Origin: Octopus vulgaris
Lineage: Eukaryota
Reading direction: 5' to 3'
Length of the DNA stretch: 64,000 nt
Assembly: GCA_951406725.2 (NCBI GenBank)
Contig: OX597815.1
Location: 178,498,001 to 178,562,000 of the forward strand
In this document: positions 11,630-23,973 of the stretch, piece after piece
Layout of the letters: each line of letters opens with the position of its first letter
Numbering within the stretch: position 1 is the first letter of the stretch
Notes under the pieces: model-generated
What the model was told of the DNA's origin: nothing
Databases searched by the model: none
The model's input: the letters and a program-made list of their open reading frames with translations, nothing else
Position numbers and translations under genes: made by a program

Positions 11630-12750
11630 GCCTGGGTAATATATGATGAATTTGCGTATGGTTTGTGAAGCTATATCTTTGAGAGTAAAAATACAGGGAA
11701 TGGTTATTCGCTTTCACCAAGTGAGAACAATCTGGTTTCTCCTTCAGATGATTGGTCCTTTGAAGTCCGCTCTAATAGTCCTGACAACTCCAACACTTTC
11801 TGAGAATTTGTCCACCTCGAATATTTAAAACATAAAATCCTTAATTTCTTCTTTCCTTGTCTTTTAGTCTTCACATTGTTTCATATCTACATTTTTTTTT
11901 TTTTGGTTTTTTTTACTATATTTCTGGGTTTTTTTCTTTTGCTATTTTGTTATTGTTACTGTATCTGTGTGTTTTCTTATTGATGTTGATATAGTTACAG
12001 ATTAGACTGTTTTTGCCCCTGTATGTGTTTGGGTATCTTTTTTTCTCTTTTCCAAGTTGTTTTAGTGCTTATGCTAGTTTGTGGGCAAGTGTTCATTGGG
12101 GTTTCTGGACCTCCATCCAACTTTCTGAGAGGTTTTATGATGGGCAACGTTGTATTGGTATTTACCTTTCTATCAATAATTTGCCAATCTTTGCAGAGTT
12201 CTTTCTCTCGTCGTCTTTTGACCGAGAATCCCCAGAAGGAAACTGGAAGCTGGTTGATTTCTCTGTGTTTATATCCTTTGTACTTTTTTTTCTTTTGTTC
12301 ATCTTGGTGTTGCTTCTGTTGTTTTTGAATTTGTTGTAGAGTGGGCAGCGAAGGCATTTTGAAGAAAGACAAAACACTTCGCGTGCAAACGGGCAACCCA
12401 CTCCCTCCTGCCTGCCACCTTAACACACATTGCACCCTCAGTATCCAGGTAAATAATTCGAGGATCCTTTGTAAGTTTACTGATGTGTGCAACATCTGCA
12501 TCTTATAGAAAGTAGAAGTAACATGCGCAGAATGAATTGCAAGATCTTCCGGGTGCACCCACGCTTTCTATTAATTCTCATCATTGTGTTAAACCGTCTG
12601 ACAAGCATGCAGAAGAAATCGGAGGCTGGAAATCGCCTATCAATATCCTTCTACTTTGCAGTTTGGGGCAAATCAGTGACCAGTATTAATTATGAAGAGA
12701 GGCCGAAATATAAACACTTATCGTATAAAATTACCACAAGATCATATCGT
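11630..12750 (-). mobile_element. Decayed 5' part of an L1/Tx1-type LINE (ORF1 remnant and start of APE endonuclease)
   Basis: Degenerate Cys-knuckle region after VKVAGRR, a Lys/Thr-rich linker, then an LRILC..NIRG-like endonuclease start across a frameshift. Many stops. Confidence 0.4.
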
Positions 12751-12779
12751 TGGATTGTTCAGAAATAATTAGGCATACA

Positions 12780-13300
12780 AGTAGGTAGGGATGCTGCAGG
12801 ATGTTAGGCTAATGGAAGGAGAAATAAGAAAGCCTCTAAAGAGAAGACGAGAAGATTTAAGAAGGTAATCGAAATGCAATTAAATGGAGGAAATTTTATC
12901 AAACCAAGAATACAGGGCCGTGCCAGTATTAAGATACTCATCTGCTATGGACAAAGACAGAGCTACATGAATTAGATCAAAGAACTTGGAAGCTGCGGAG
13001 AGCAAGTACAGAAGTAAATGCCATAAACTAGCACAACAACCAGCATAAAAGAAGGCATGACTGTGTCGGTTAAAGAATGCATTAGGATCTTAACCAAGTG
13101 TGCGGATTCAAAGCAGCCGAAAAATGGTACGATCATAAACTTGAAGGTGTGATGTAATAACAGGATTTTAAGGGGTTTCCCCATAAAGACCAACCATACA
13201 CCTGAAGCAAGAAGACCGGATGTTGTTGCAGAAAACAAAAACAGTTTAAGATTATAGACTTTGCAACACCATATGATAATAGAAGCATAAATATACAAAG
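12780..13300 (+). mobile_element. Decayed R4/Dong-type LINE fragment
   Basis: KKVIEMQLNGGNFIK, AVPVLRYS, RHDCVG and PIKTNHTPEARRPDVV in different frames. Confidence 0.7.
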
Positions 13301-13344
13301 GTTCAACTTTTGTTCTTCAATCTAAATGGACATTATTAGAATAC

Positions 13345-14010
13345 TTTCATTTACCCTGACATTTCCGTCACATTCACCCACCATTTAACAAATTCATGAA
13401 ACAGAGAGAGAGAGAGAGCAGTTTTCTCTCTCTCCATCCCCTCTTTCGTTTCCAAATTGAACTTTTAAAAGTCGTTGAGGTCTTCACCGAACATAAAGGT
13501 ATCTTTTGTCAGCCCTTTTATCCTTGTTCCCCACACAACCCTTCTCGCCATAGCTACTAAACGGAAGAACGCCGCATGCCCTGTCTTGTTAAAGGTGAGC
13601 GATCTTTACCATGACATTAGCCGATTTTCGGGTTTGCTCTACTTGCGACATCATCTGTTCGACTTAACAAGTCAGTAATGATCGGGTACAGCACGGGTTA
13701 TGCAGTAAGGTTTTGTTCTTCTCTGCGCATATCGGGCACAGACCTATAGTTTCGTTCCTGTAGAATTTATCTCATGCAGGCAGTATCATTCAGTAGCATT
13801 ACCAGAGCAGAGGTTTCTGGACGTTATCCATGGTAGTTCCCGGCCTGAAAGTCTTCTGAAACAGATCAGCTAGTTCGTCCTTGTCGACCCCCAGTATTTC
13901 CTCGAGAAAGTCATCGCTGTTACCCACCACTAGATCTATAAATGGCAATGCCATATATATCGAACTGCTATCGACCACATTCTCCAGTCTGGGAGAGAGC
14001 TGTGAGTAGA
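13345..14010 (-). mobile_element. Second decayed Tx1-type LINE 3' fragment
   Basis: Nucleotide similarity to 6340-6960 (e.g. CTGGACGTTATCCATGGTAGTTCCCGG vs CTGGAAATTATCCATAAAAGTTCTCGG; CGAGAAAGTCATCGC vs CGAGAACGTCATCGC). Confidence 0.65.
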
Positions 14011-14409
14011 GGACTTAAGAATTTTTATACTGCTAGAAGGAGCACGGAGATTTCTAGCAAAGAAAGGAATGGAACCCTTTTATTATGATGCCAAACTCTG
14101 AGAAAAGTTTGAAAACGGTCTGGAATTCCATGGTTCTACAAAGCCAGCAATTTTAGGAGGAAATGATGAAAGGTGAAGTTGACCTCGGCGAGATTTGAAA
14201 CTCGAAACGTGAAGAGCTGGAAGAAATGACGCTAATCATTTTTTCTGATACCCTAACGTTTCTTCCAAAAGAATTTATAAATATCTTTGGAATATTCTCT
14301 TGAATTTTGCGTCAAAAGTATTGATGTATGCACATTTTCGGAAATATTATGAATTCTTTGTAATTTTGGAAATAGATTTCTTCAATTTATTTCATTAGAC
14401 CTGAATAAC

Positions 14410-14629
14410 AAATGTTGATGACTATGATGACTACGACGACGACGACGACCATGATGATGATAATGATGATGATGATGATGACGAGGATGTCAACCACGAA
14501 GATTGCGAAGTTGAGGATGACAGTGATCATATCATCATCACCACCACCACCACCACCACCACCACAACCATCATCATCATCATCATCATCATATATATAA
14601 ATTTTAAAGAAAAAACTTCAATGCAGAAC

Positions 14630-14661
<32 letters not shown>

Positions 14662-15272
14662 TTGGGGGTCGGAGAAAGAGCTGTCTTGTAGCGGAGCATG
14701 CAATGAAGGCCAGTCTTCGCTAATGTTGACGAAATTTAACCTTTGTCTGTTTCTGCTTCAGTTCGTTTTGTTTGTTTTTGCATTTGTGTGAGGAATCTTT
14801 TCCTCTCACAGATGAATAAATCCAACACATGAAAATGTCGTTTTTCTAATAGAAACATAAATTAGTATTTTAAAAGAATATAAACACAATGACTGTTAAT
14901 GGCAAGTGTCGTCTTATTTATTACCACCATAGCTGCTGCTGCTGCTGCTACTGCTACTGCAGCTGTTGTTGTTGTTGTTGTTACTGTTGTTATTGGTGTG
15001 TGCGTGCGTGCGTGTGTGTGTGCGTGCGTGTGTGTGTGCGTGCGTGTGTGTGTGCGTGTGTGCGCACACCGTTGTATAGAATGGCGTTACAGTCGTTGAA
15101 TGCTTTAATCCAAAGAGAATTGTCCTTCCCAAAATCCATTTGTTGCCGCAAATCTCAGATGTAATTAACTCAGAAATTTAGTTTTAAAATGATGATGATG
15201 ATGATGATGATGATGATGGCGGTGGTGGTGGTGGCGACGACTATTAGAACAACAACGACAACAATAATGATA

Positions 15273-15304
<32 letters not shown>

Positions 15305-15694
15305 CATCATTATTATTATCATAAGGACAATGAGATTTTGCGGTGTTAACTCTGAAGGTATGGTCGTAATGGGGTTGTTGCTGTCAGCGATGGCGATGGC
15401 GACAACGAATAGGAAACGACAATGATGAAGACGGTGGTGGTGGTGGGGATGGCGGTTAAGGTGCTGGGGATGGCAGTGGTAGTGGTGGTTGTGGTGATGG
15501 CGGTAGTTGTTGTTGTGGTGGTGGTGGTTGAGGATGTTGAGGTGGTGGTGATGGTGTTCGTGGTGGTGGCGGTGGTAGTGGTTCTTTCGGATGTAATACT
15601 GTTGCTAGTGTTATTGTGGTGGTTGTGGTGGTGGTGGTGGTGGTTTGTGCAAGTGATTAAGAATATAAAAGCAAAAGAGAAGGGAAATACAGAT

Positions 15695-15755
<61 letters not shown>

Positions 15756-15790
15756 CGGTTGTTGTTGTTGTTGTTGTTGTAGTAGTAGCC
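14410..15790. repeat. Mosaic of tri- and dinucleotide repeats (GAT, CCA, GCT, GTT, GGT, TAG, GA, GT)
   Basis: Seen directly. Confidence 0.9.
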
Positions 15791-15894
15791 TGATGTTGCG
15801 GAGTGGAGAAAAAGGCGGCTAAGAATGAAGTTGCATGAGACGAAATGAAGCAAAAAGACAAAAGAAACTATAAGGGCTTATGTATTTGGCGAAG

Positions 15895-16360
15895 AATGGG
15901 AGGAGGGGGAGGAAGAAGAGGTGGAGGAGGAAGGACGAGAGGCAGGAGCAAGAGGAAGAAGGAAAGGGAGGAGGAGGGGGAGGAGGGGGAGGACGAGAGG
16001 CAGGAGCAGGAGGAGGAAGGAAAGGGAGGAGGAGGAAGAGGAGGAGGAAGGACGAGAGGCAGGAGCAGGAGGAGAAGGAAAGGGAGGAGGAGAAGGAGGA
16101 GGAAGAAGAGCAAGGGAAGGAGGAGATGCAGGAGGAGGAGGAAGGAAGGAAAGGAAGGACGAGGAGGAGGAAAGAAAGGAGGAGGAAGAGGAGGAGGAAG
16201 GACGAGAGGCAGGAGCAGGAGTAGGAGGGAGGAAGGAAGTAAAGGAAGGAGGAGGAGGAGGAGGAGGAGGAGGAGAAGGAAGCGGAGGAAGAGGAGGAGA
16301 GAGGAGAGAGAAGAGAGGAAGAGGAGAAGAAGAAGAAGAAGAAGAAATGGGGAGGTAGAG
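15895..16360 (+). repeat. Polypurine (GGA) tract with ~58-59 bp higher-order repeat
   Basis: GGACGAGAGGCAGGAGCA at 15933, 15991, 16050 and 16200. Confidence 0.85.
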
Positions 16361-17140
16361 AATGAGGACAAAGTGGATGACAACAATGATACAATGATGA
16401 TGGTAGAATTTTTGGTAACAATGGCGGCGGATTTGAGGGTGCTGTTGGGGGAGGGGCGAGGGTGATTGCGGTTTAGATGCGTCAGTTGCGATGGAGGTCG
16501 TGCTGGTGGTGGTGGTTATGAATGCGAGGGGGAGGTTTGTTGGAGGGGGTGTGGATGATAAGAGGGAGAGAAATAAGAATGAAAATTCTTCCATTGAGAA
16601 GAAGAAGAAGAAGAAGAAGAAGAAGAAGAAGAACAGCAACAACAACAACAACAACACCAACAACAAGGACGAGATAGAGAAGATCCAATAAAAAGGGCGG
16701 CAAGAGTACGAAGATGTAGGTCAAGAGGAAGAAGAGGAAACCTTTTTTTTGCATTCAGTCTATTTGTTAAATCAAGTTGCTTTGGGGGAGGTTGTTGATC
16801 TTACAGGTAAAGAATACCTGCGATTATATCTCTCTATATTTCGTTCCTTGACGTGTCGTTGATATAGATAACATGGCGGCTCCGTAAAGTATTACTCTGT
16901 CTATTGTTTCAGGTATCAAATTAAACACGATGCTTCTAGAACTAACTTTCAATTTGATTGTGTCGAATGCCTACAACTCAACTCGGCCGTTCATCCTCAG
17001 AATTTCGATAAAAGAAAATCCACGCCGTATTCTTGGAATCCATGGCTTCGACTAAGCTCCACCGCTGCTCAAACTTGTTGGTATCCTGCCTAAATCAGAA
17101 ACCGTTGTTGTTGTTATTATTGTTGCTGTTGCTGCTTGAT

Positions 17141-17755
17141 TGTTGAGCGAAGCGGTCTTCGTCCCAGAGCTCGCAAGATCGCGCTTCAGGATTGTCTGTA
17201 GTGGGAGAAGTCCGAAACGTGGTCCTTTGCTATTCGTAAGACCCGTAGAAGAGAAAGCAGGTCAACCCCCAACACCGAGAGCATCGACGGATGGATGAAT
17301 GCGCATCCAGGCTCAGCGGTTGCGTAGGAAGTCGGCGACAAGAAACAGGAAGAAAGAGTGAGAGACAGTTGGAGCGAAAGAGTACAACAGGGGTCGCCAC
17401 CCAGTGGTTAGGGCAGCGGATTCGCGGTCGGAGGATCGCGGTTTCGATTCCCAGACCGGGCGCTGTATGTGTTTATTGAGCGAAAACACCTAAAGCTCCA
17501 CGATGCTCCGGCAGGGGGGGCGCCTCTTTGTACTCTTTCGCCCCAACTTTCTCTCACTCTTTCTTCCTGTTTCTTGTCCCCGACTTCCTACGCAACCGCT
17601 GAGCCTGGATGCGCATTCATCCATCCGTCGATGCTCTCGGTGTCGGGCGTTGACTGCTTTCTCTTCTGCGGGTCTTACGAATAGCAAAGGACCACGTTTC
17701 AGACTTCTCCCACTACAGGGACGAAGACCGTTCGCTCAACAGCAACAGCAGCAAC
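17141..17755. mobile_element. tRNA(Arg)-like SINE (family 4, octopus OR-like) in a fold-back arrangement
   Basis: Plus copy: head CAGTGGTTAGGGCAGCGGATTCGCGGTCG...GTTTCGATTCCC from 17401, body to 17741, (CAA/CAG) tail. 17141-17400 is the reverse complement of its 3' part. Confidence 0.8.
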
Positions 17756-17769
17756 CACGAGTGGAGACA

Positions 17770-18440
17770 GCAATGAAGTTATTCCTGAGATCTCTACGAG
17801 GCAGCTATTCGCCGTAAACTCAGCTCGAGCTTTGAAAAAAAATAAGCTAATGGCAAAAAGTTGGTCAGGAGTGAATTATATGGTGTACAAAAATTTGGAA
17901 GCGAAATATCTCTGAAGATACCATTTTTGGAAGAAAGCAGAAATCAAAACAAATACAAATGCCCAAATAGAAAGGGACTCAAATAGAAGGCTGCCTGAAA
18001 CCAGTCTTGGGCCTCAAAACTGATTTGGAAAGAAATTTCAGCGCAGTAGAAGTTAGGTTTCCGACCAAAACAGAAGAGAAAACGTATTCACGTAATCTTA
18101 TAAAAGTGAGAAGCTGGTCCACATAACAACATATATCTCAGCTGGAGAGTATCTAAAGTATGAGGCCAACGTTTGCTGGGTGGTGGCAGACGTCATTGCA
18201 GGCTGCGAGACCAGAATAAATATTCTGGAAGCACACAAGCTACGCAAGGAGAACTAGACGGAAATAAGAGTGGAACTCATGATCCCAACGGACCAGCAGG
18301 GCCTAGAAGTCCCCAATATATTCAGCCTGCCGAATGGAGGCGAGTACAAGACCTATTTGCCAGTAATGTGGTAACAAAATTGCCTGAAGGCCTCCTATCT
18401 AAAATAGTGTGTAAGAAAATCTACACACGCGAAAACAAGA
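17770..18440 (+). mobile_element. Decayed L1/Tx1-type ORF1 remnant
   Basis: ERNFSAVEVRFPT, ANVCWVVADVIAG, VPNIFSLPNGG; stops and frameshifts. Similar layout to the ORF1 remnant at ~12 kb. Confidence 0.4.
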
Positions 18441-18534
18441 ACAACAATACCAAAGACAGAGATATCAGAGGCAGCAGCAGCAACGACAACAACGCCAGCA
18501 GCGACAACTCCAACAACAGCAACACAACGGTAGT

Positions 18535-18600
18535 GGAGGCGCAATGGCCCAGTGGTTAGGGCAGCGGACTCGCGGTCGTAAAAACGCGGTTTCGATTTCC
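18535..18600 (+). mobile_element. Isolated tRNA-like head of SINE family 4
   Basis: GGAGGCGCAATGGCCCAGTGGTTAGGGCAGCGGACTCGCGGTCG...GTTTCGATT matches 17401-17450. Confidence 0.75.
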
Positions 18601-18683
18601 TTTCCATTAGACAATTCTTTTAGCATTACGTCAACCAATATGCATCTCCTCCTTTTTAAATGCAATGAGTAATATGAGTAATA

Positions 18684-18909
18684 TTTGCAGCTGTATGAGC
18701 AAAGACGTTCCAGCCTTGACCATCATTTCCTTTTCCCGCGCATATTTTATGTCGGGCCATAAATCCAAATAAATCCAATATGTCTATTTTTAAGAGTAAA
18801 GGATGAATTAAAGCAGGTTTGGCTGGTGTTTCTAGCAGATTGAATAACCATGTAGAGGTTGTCTCATTGGCTCGTATGATGGGATCCTATTTACTCGATA
18901 TATGATCCA
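18684..18909 (+). repeat. ~220 bp segment duplicated at 22420-22635; includes an unnamed interspersed repeat also seen at ~22860-23060(-) and ~62950-63260
   Basis: Direct alignment of the two copies by eye. Confidence 0.85.
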
Positions 18910-19064
18910 CAATGAGTAATATGACCTTGTAGCAGGTCGATGCAATCGTCTTTGCCACTTTCCTTGAGATTGCTGGCCTTGTGCCAAAATTTGAAATCAT
19001 TATTAGATTCGTTTATATATTTGTTGTGAAAGATATTTTATGTGAAGTCGTGTGTTGAAACAGA

Positions 19065-19582
19065 TATTGTTATATTTCGGAATGGTCATTTTGCCAGTTT
19101 AGCCAATAAAAACACACGCACTATATATTTGGTGTTACTTTGTTTCAGTGTTACTCTTACTCTCTTAATCTTACTTGTTTCAGTCATTTGACTGCGGCCA
19201 TGCTGGAGCACCGCCTTTAGTCGGGCAAATCGACCTCGGGACTTATTCTTTGTAAGCCCAGTACTTATTCTATCGGTCTCTTTTGCCGAACTGCTAAGTG
19301 TTATTTATTTTTTACATTAATCTTAATCTTATTTCGCAAATGAAGACATACAATAGAAATACAAAATTGATGACGGTTAGTAAGGAGAAACACAAATAAG
19401 AAAGAAGAAAACAAAGGACCACTGATGCGGTCACAGGAGTGTGACGAAAGAACTCTGGCCGAAATAAGATTGAAGATTAATGTAAAAAATAAATAACACT
19501 GAAGCAAAGTAACACCAAATATATAGTGCGTGTGTTTTTATTGGCTAAACTGGCAAAATGACCATTCCGAAATATAACAATA
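19065..19582. mobile_element. Fold-back element with ~123 bp inverted arms and a hammerhead-like motif in the loop
   Basis: 19065-19153 plus 19297-19336 is the reverse complement of 19460-19582. The left arm is split by a SINE insertion. Confidence 0.8.
19154..19296 (-). mobile_element. SINE family 2, 3' fragment
   Basis: Matches the 3' end of 47331-47760; TSD AGTGTTA at 19147-19153 and 19297-19303. Confidence 0.85.
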
Positions 19583-19789
19583 ATTATTAGATTCCTTATC
19601 CTGTTATTACATACACACATCCATACATGCATCTGTGTTTCTTTGTATTTAATGTGTCTGGTGCTGCAGACTCTGCTTGCAGGAATTTCTTCTTTTAGTA
19701 AAAATCATATCTTGCCTTTATTCTACCAACTTTTGCGAAAGAGAGAACCAAAGGGATGCGTTGTTTGTATCGTTTGTGTGTGTTTGCAT

Positions 19790-20340
19790 AAGTGTGTGTG
19801 TGTGCATGTGTGTGCGTGTGTGCGTGAGTGCGCGTGTGTATGTGTGTGTGCCTTTATGCTTCACTGTGTATGTGTGCGTGCTTCTGTGCGTCTTCCTCTG
19901 TGCGTGTGTGTGTGTATGTATGCAACAGCGTGTGTATGCGCCAGCGTGTGTGTGCGCGCCTGCGTGTGTGTGCGCGCCTGCGTGTGTGTGCGCGCCTGCG
20001 TATGTGTGCGCGCCTGCGTGTGTGTGCGTGCCTGCGTGCGCGTCTGCGTGTGTGTGTGTGTGCATGTGTGTGTGTGCGTGTATGTGTGTGCGTGTGTGCG
20101 TGTGTATATGTGTGTGCGTGTGTGCGTGTGTATATGTGTGTGTGCCTGTTGGCCTCTGTGTGTATGTGCTTGTGTGGGCGTGTATGTGTGAATGTGTCTG
20201 TGTGCATGCCTCTGTGTGTCTGCCTCTGTGTGTCTGCCTCTGTGTGTGTGTGCGTGTGTATGCGTGTATGCGTCAGGGCGTGTGTTTGTGTATGTGTGTG
20301 TCTGCCTCTGTGTGTGTGCGTGTGTGTGTGTGTATGTGTA
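19790..20340. repeat. Degenerate (GT)/(GC) alternating purine-pyrimidine tract with an 18-bp sub-repeat
   Basis: CGCGCCTGCGTGTGTGTG repeated at ~19955-20050. Confidence 0.9.
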
Positions 20341-20667
20341 CAGACCCAGCCAAAATGGTCGTTGACTACGGGTTAATAAAACGAGTTTCAAACCAAATGC
20401 TGGATTCGATCCAAACAGTCCTATCGATTCTTTTACATAATCGGCCTCACATCAATCTCAAAGAAAGTATTATTACTTCATTCACAGGTTTGCAGTTCCA
20501 ATATAAGAACCTGACCTGGATTCCACGGTATTGGCATGCAATCCATTAGGTGACTTATTGCAGCAACATACCTCACCGGAGATGCAGATAATTGCAAATG
20601 GATTCTTTTCTATTTTTCTACTTTTCCCATACTTATCATTATCTATTTTATCTTTTTCTCTTTATTA

Positions 20668-20732
<65 letters not shown>

Positions 20733-20959
20733 TTTCATTTCTTTTTACCATATATTTATTTTTATTTTGTTTTTATTAAGTGCTTTCACCACACAACAGT
20801 GAACAGTCCTGTGGGCCTTTCGGTATGTACAATGTTTCGTTTTGATTTTGTATTTTCGACTGCATTCAAAATATTTTGCGTGATATGTGCGCAACACTTA
20901 GTTGTGTCATTTGCCGCGTGTTGTGTATATTTTTAAGTCGTCATGTACCTTTATTATTA

Positions 20960-21004
<45 letters not shown>

Positions 21005-21779
21005 TTCTTTTTCCTTCTTCTTGCTGTTGTTGTTCTTCTATAGTTGACAGGAATCAAAGAGCCTTTCTTTATCTTCCATCCATGATTCTAGGACTGTTTT
21101 ATCAAACTGTCAGATTAAAAAAAAAAAAAAGGAATTCATTTTGCTTAGCAGAATACAGAAATTCCTTTGCTAAATATTTTCAGATCGATACAAACAGGTG
21201 ATCGGATTCAATTGAAATCTAGTAACAAAAATAAGAAAAAAGAAAAACAGAACGAATTTCAGGTGTTTGTTATTTTTTTCTTCTCGTTTGATTGAATTTT
21301 CAAAGGTGTTGTGTCAACTGATAAAAGAACCCTTCTGTGACCGATCTAATATTTAATGCCTCATGATAGATAGGTTCGGGCGAATAATGATTGTTATATT
21401 AAAATCTGGGGAACTCTTATATCTTGGTCAGGCTTTTATGAAAAAATTCCCCTTTTACGGTTATTATTGGCCAATACACTAGCGGGAAGAAAATATTGAT
21501 TGCCCAGATGTTAGCTAATATCAACGATTTCTTTATAGTTATTTTTTTTTTCAATCTACCTTTCGAAATTATTAAATTATAACTGGTAAATCCACAGATT
21601 TCGGTCACTGCGTTTTATATAATGGAATATTAAGGACAGATGAAAATTCCCTAAGGATTCCTCAGCGAATATATATTTGATTTTGATCCAAATAGTTAAA
21701 CTAGAAGCAATGATATTTTAAGATATGGAAACAGCGTCCGATTTTGTTGCGTACGGCCCTTTCTCTAAATATAAACATA

Positions 21780-22128
21780 CAAAGGGATTAAGTCGATTAT
21801 ATCGACCCCAGTGCGTAACTGGTACTTAATTTATCGACCCCGAAAGGATGAAAGGCAAAGTCGACCACGGCGGAATTTGAACACAGAACGTAACGGCAGA
21901 CGAAATACCTACTTTTTTACTACCCACAAAGGGCCAAACACAGAGAAGACAAACAAGGACAGACAAACGGATTAAGTCGATTATATCGACCCCAATGTGT
22001 AACTGGTACTTAATTTATCGACCCCGAAAGGATGAAAGGCAAAGTCGACCTCGACGGAATTTGAACTCAGAACGTAACGGCAGACGAAATACCGCTAGCC
22101 TGCGTGCTAACGATTCTGCCAGCTCGCC
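21780..22128 (-). mobile_element. SINE family 1, dimeric
   Basis: Two core units; junction GAAATACCTA at ~21902. Confidence 0.85.
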
Positions 22129-23810
22129 TTTTATTTATGCGTGTGTGTGTGTGTGTGTGTGTTTGTGTATACGAAAAAAGTTTATTCGCTGGCAATACAA
22201 AACAATTATAAGAAACACATACACGCACATATTTGTGTGTGTGTGTTTGTGTGCGTGCATTCGTGCGTGCGTGCGTGCGTGCGTATGTGTGTGTATGTGT
22301 GTGCTTTTATGTGTGTATGCTTCACAGACATTGCAGAAATTAGTTGTAACGGATCTAAAAAGAACTTTGTGATATGGAGAAGAAGCTTAGTATTATTTTT
22401 AATGACTTTACTTTAGTCCTTTGCAGCTGTATGAGCAAAGACGTTCCAGTCATGGCCATCATTTCTTTTTCTCCCGCATATTGTATGACGGACCATAAAT
22501 CCGATATGTCTATTTTTAAGAGTAAAGGATGAATTAAAGCAGGTTTGGCTGGTGTTTCTAGCAGATCGAATAACCATGTAGAGGTTGCCTCATTGGCTCG
22601 TATGATGGGATCCTATTTACTCGATATATGATCCATAAGGGGGAAGCAAATGGGGTAGTTTTATGCTTTTCTGAAATGCATTAGCGAAGGCAAATTAATA
22701 AAAGAAGATTACGAAAACTTATCAGAGAAACGAAATACGTTGAGAAAACCGGAGCCGAGCGAAGTAGCCTCCAGCGATTCTCCGATACATTAACTTGAGA
22801 TGTGTAGGTCATATATTTAAGAAAGCAACAACATAAAGTTTTAAAACTGCTGTCGAGGGATCCCCTGTGTGGCCGACCGCTCAACCGGCTTGAAATAAAT
22901 CTGCTTTATATCACACCCTGCTGCCTCAAAAAAGTGATGGACACATTCGATAAAATTGCCCTACAAATACTACGCCTGGGAAAAAAAACAAGGACCGTTA
23001 CAGCTGGAACGTCTTTGATCATAGGTCTTTGGGATTAGAGCCGGCCCGGTGCTATAACAGTAATCAAATGCAATGACTAACTCTCCATATTTATTGATGA
23101 TTTTCTGAAATCTGTGATGACTAATTTTCTGTGCCTATATGAAACTCTGTGTGTGTGTGTGTGTGTGCGTGTGTGTGTGTGTGTGTGTGCGTGTGCGTGT
23201 GCGTGTGTGTGCGTGCGTGTGCGTGTGTGTGCGTGTGCGTGTGTGTGTGTACGTATGCGTGCTTCATATAAATGCAGAAATTATTTATCGCAAATTTCAG
23301 CAATGTTTATGTGTTGCGTCATCAAGGAATAAGCGTTTATAGGAAAGGAAAATAAATGGCAAAAGTAGGCTGCTGCTGCTTCCACTTTTTAGAGGATTAT
23401 TCTTTGAATAAAAAAGCCTTTCCTAAGTCACCCACCTTGTCGTCTCAAAAGGAAACGACTTCTTATGTATTGTGGCTTAAGAATCTTAATCATAGGTGAG
23501 TGTTCGATCCAACCGGAACTGAGGCAAACTAGAACGAACTAACCAGAAAACCTCACGAAAATATAAATTAGTTTATTGCAAAGTTTTTGGCGAAAAGAAG
23601 AGACATGATCGAAAAGGAGGGGGGACAAATTGCTGTGTTTAATAAAATTTAAATAGTTTCAGTTTTTTTAAAATCTTGTCCTATGCCATGGCCAAATAAA
23701 AACAAGAATTATATAGATGCACATTCTATTTAGTTTTCTGATTAATAAAGAACAAAATATTTCCCTGTTGTTTATCAATTGGAGAAGAATGGGGTTGTCT
23801 AAATATTGGG

Positions 23811-23973
23811 TTCGAATTTTGGCACAAGGCCAAGAAGTTTGGGGGACGCGGTTGGTCGATTATATCAACTCTAGTACTTAACTGGTAATTATTTTATCGG
23901 CCCCTGAAGAATGAAAGTCGACCGCAGCAGCATTTGAACTCACAACGCAAAGACGGGCGAAATTCTGCTAAGC
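23811..23973 (-). mobile_element. SINE family 1, diverged and 5'-truncated
   Basis: Core and tail match 4820-5029. Confidence 0.7.

Noticed and set aside
15819-16754. Arg/Gly/Glu-rich or Ser/Leu/Pro-rich ORFs
   Set aside because: Polypurine repeat with a 58/59-bp period (not a multiple of 3), open in all frames.
17141-17230. Hammerhead in SINE family 4 (GAAACGT present)
   Set aside because: No CUGANGA box in a workable position on either strand.
20340-20549. Protein-like unique tail of ORF 19677-20549 (DPAKMVVDYG...)
   Set aside because: No recognisable domain and no convincing acceptor/donor pair; cannot be supported without transcripts.
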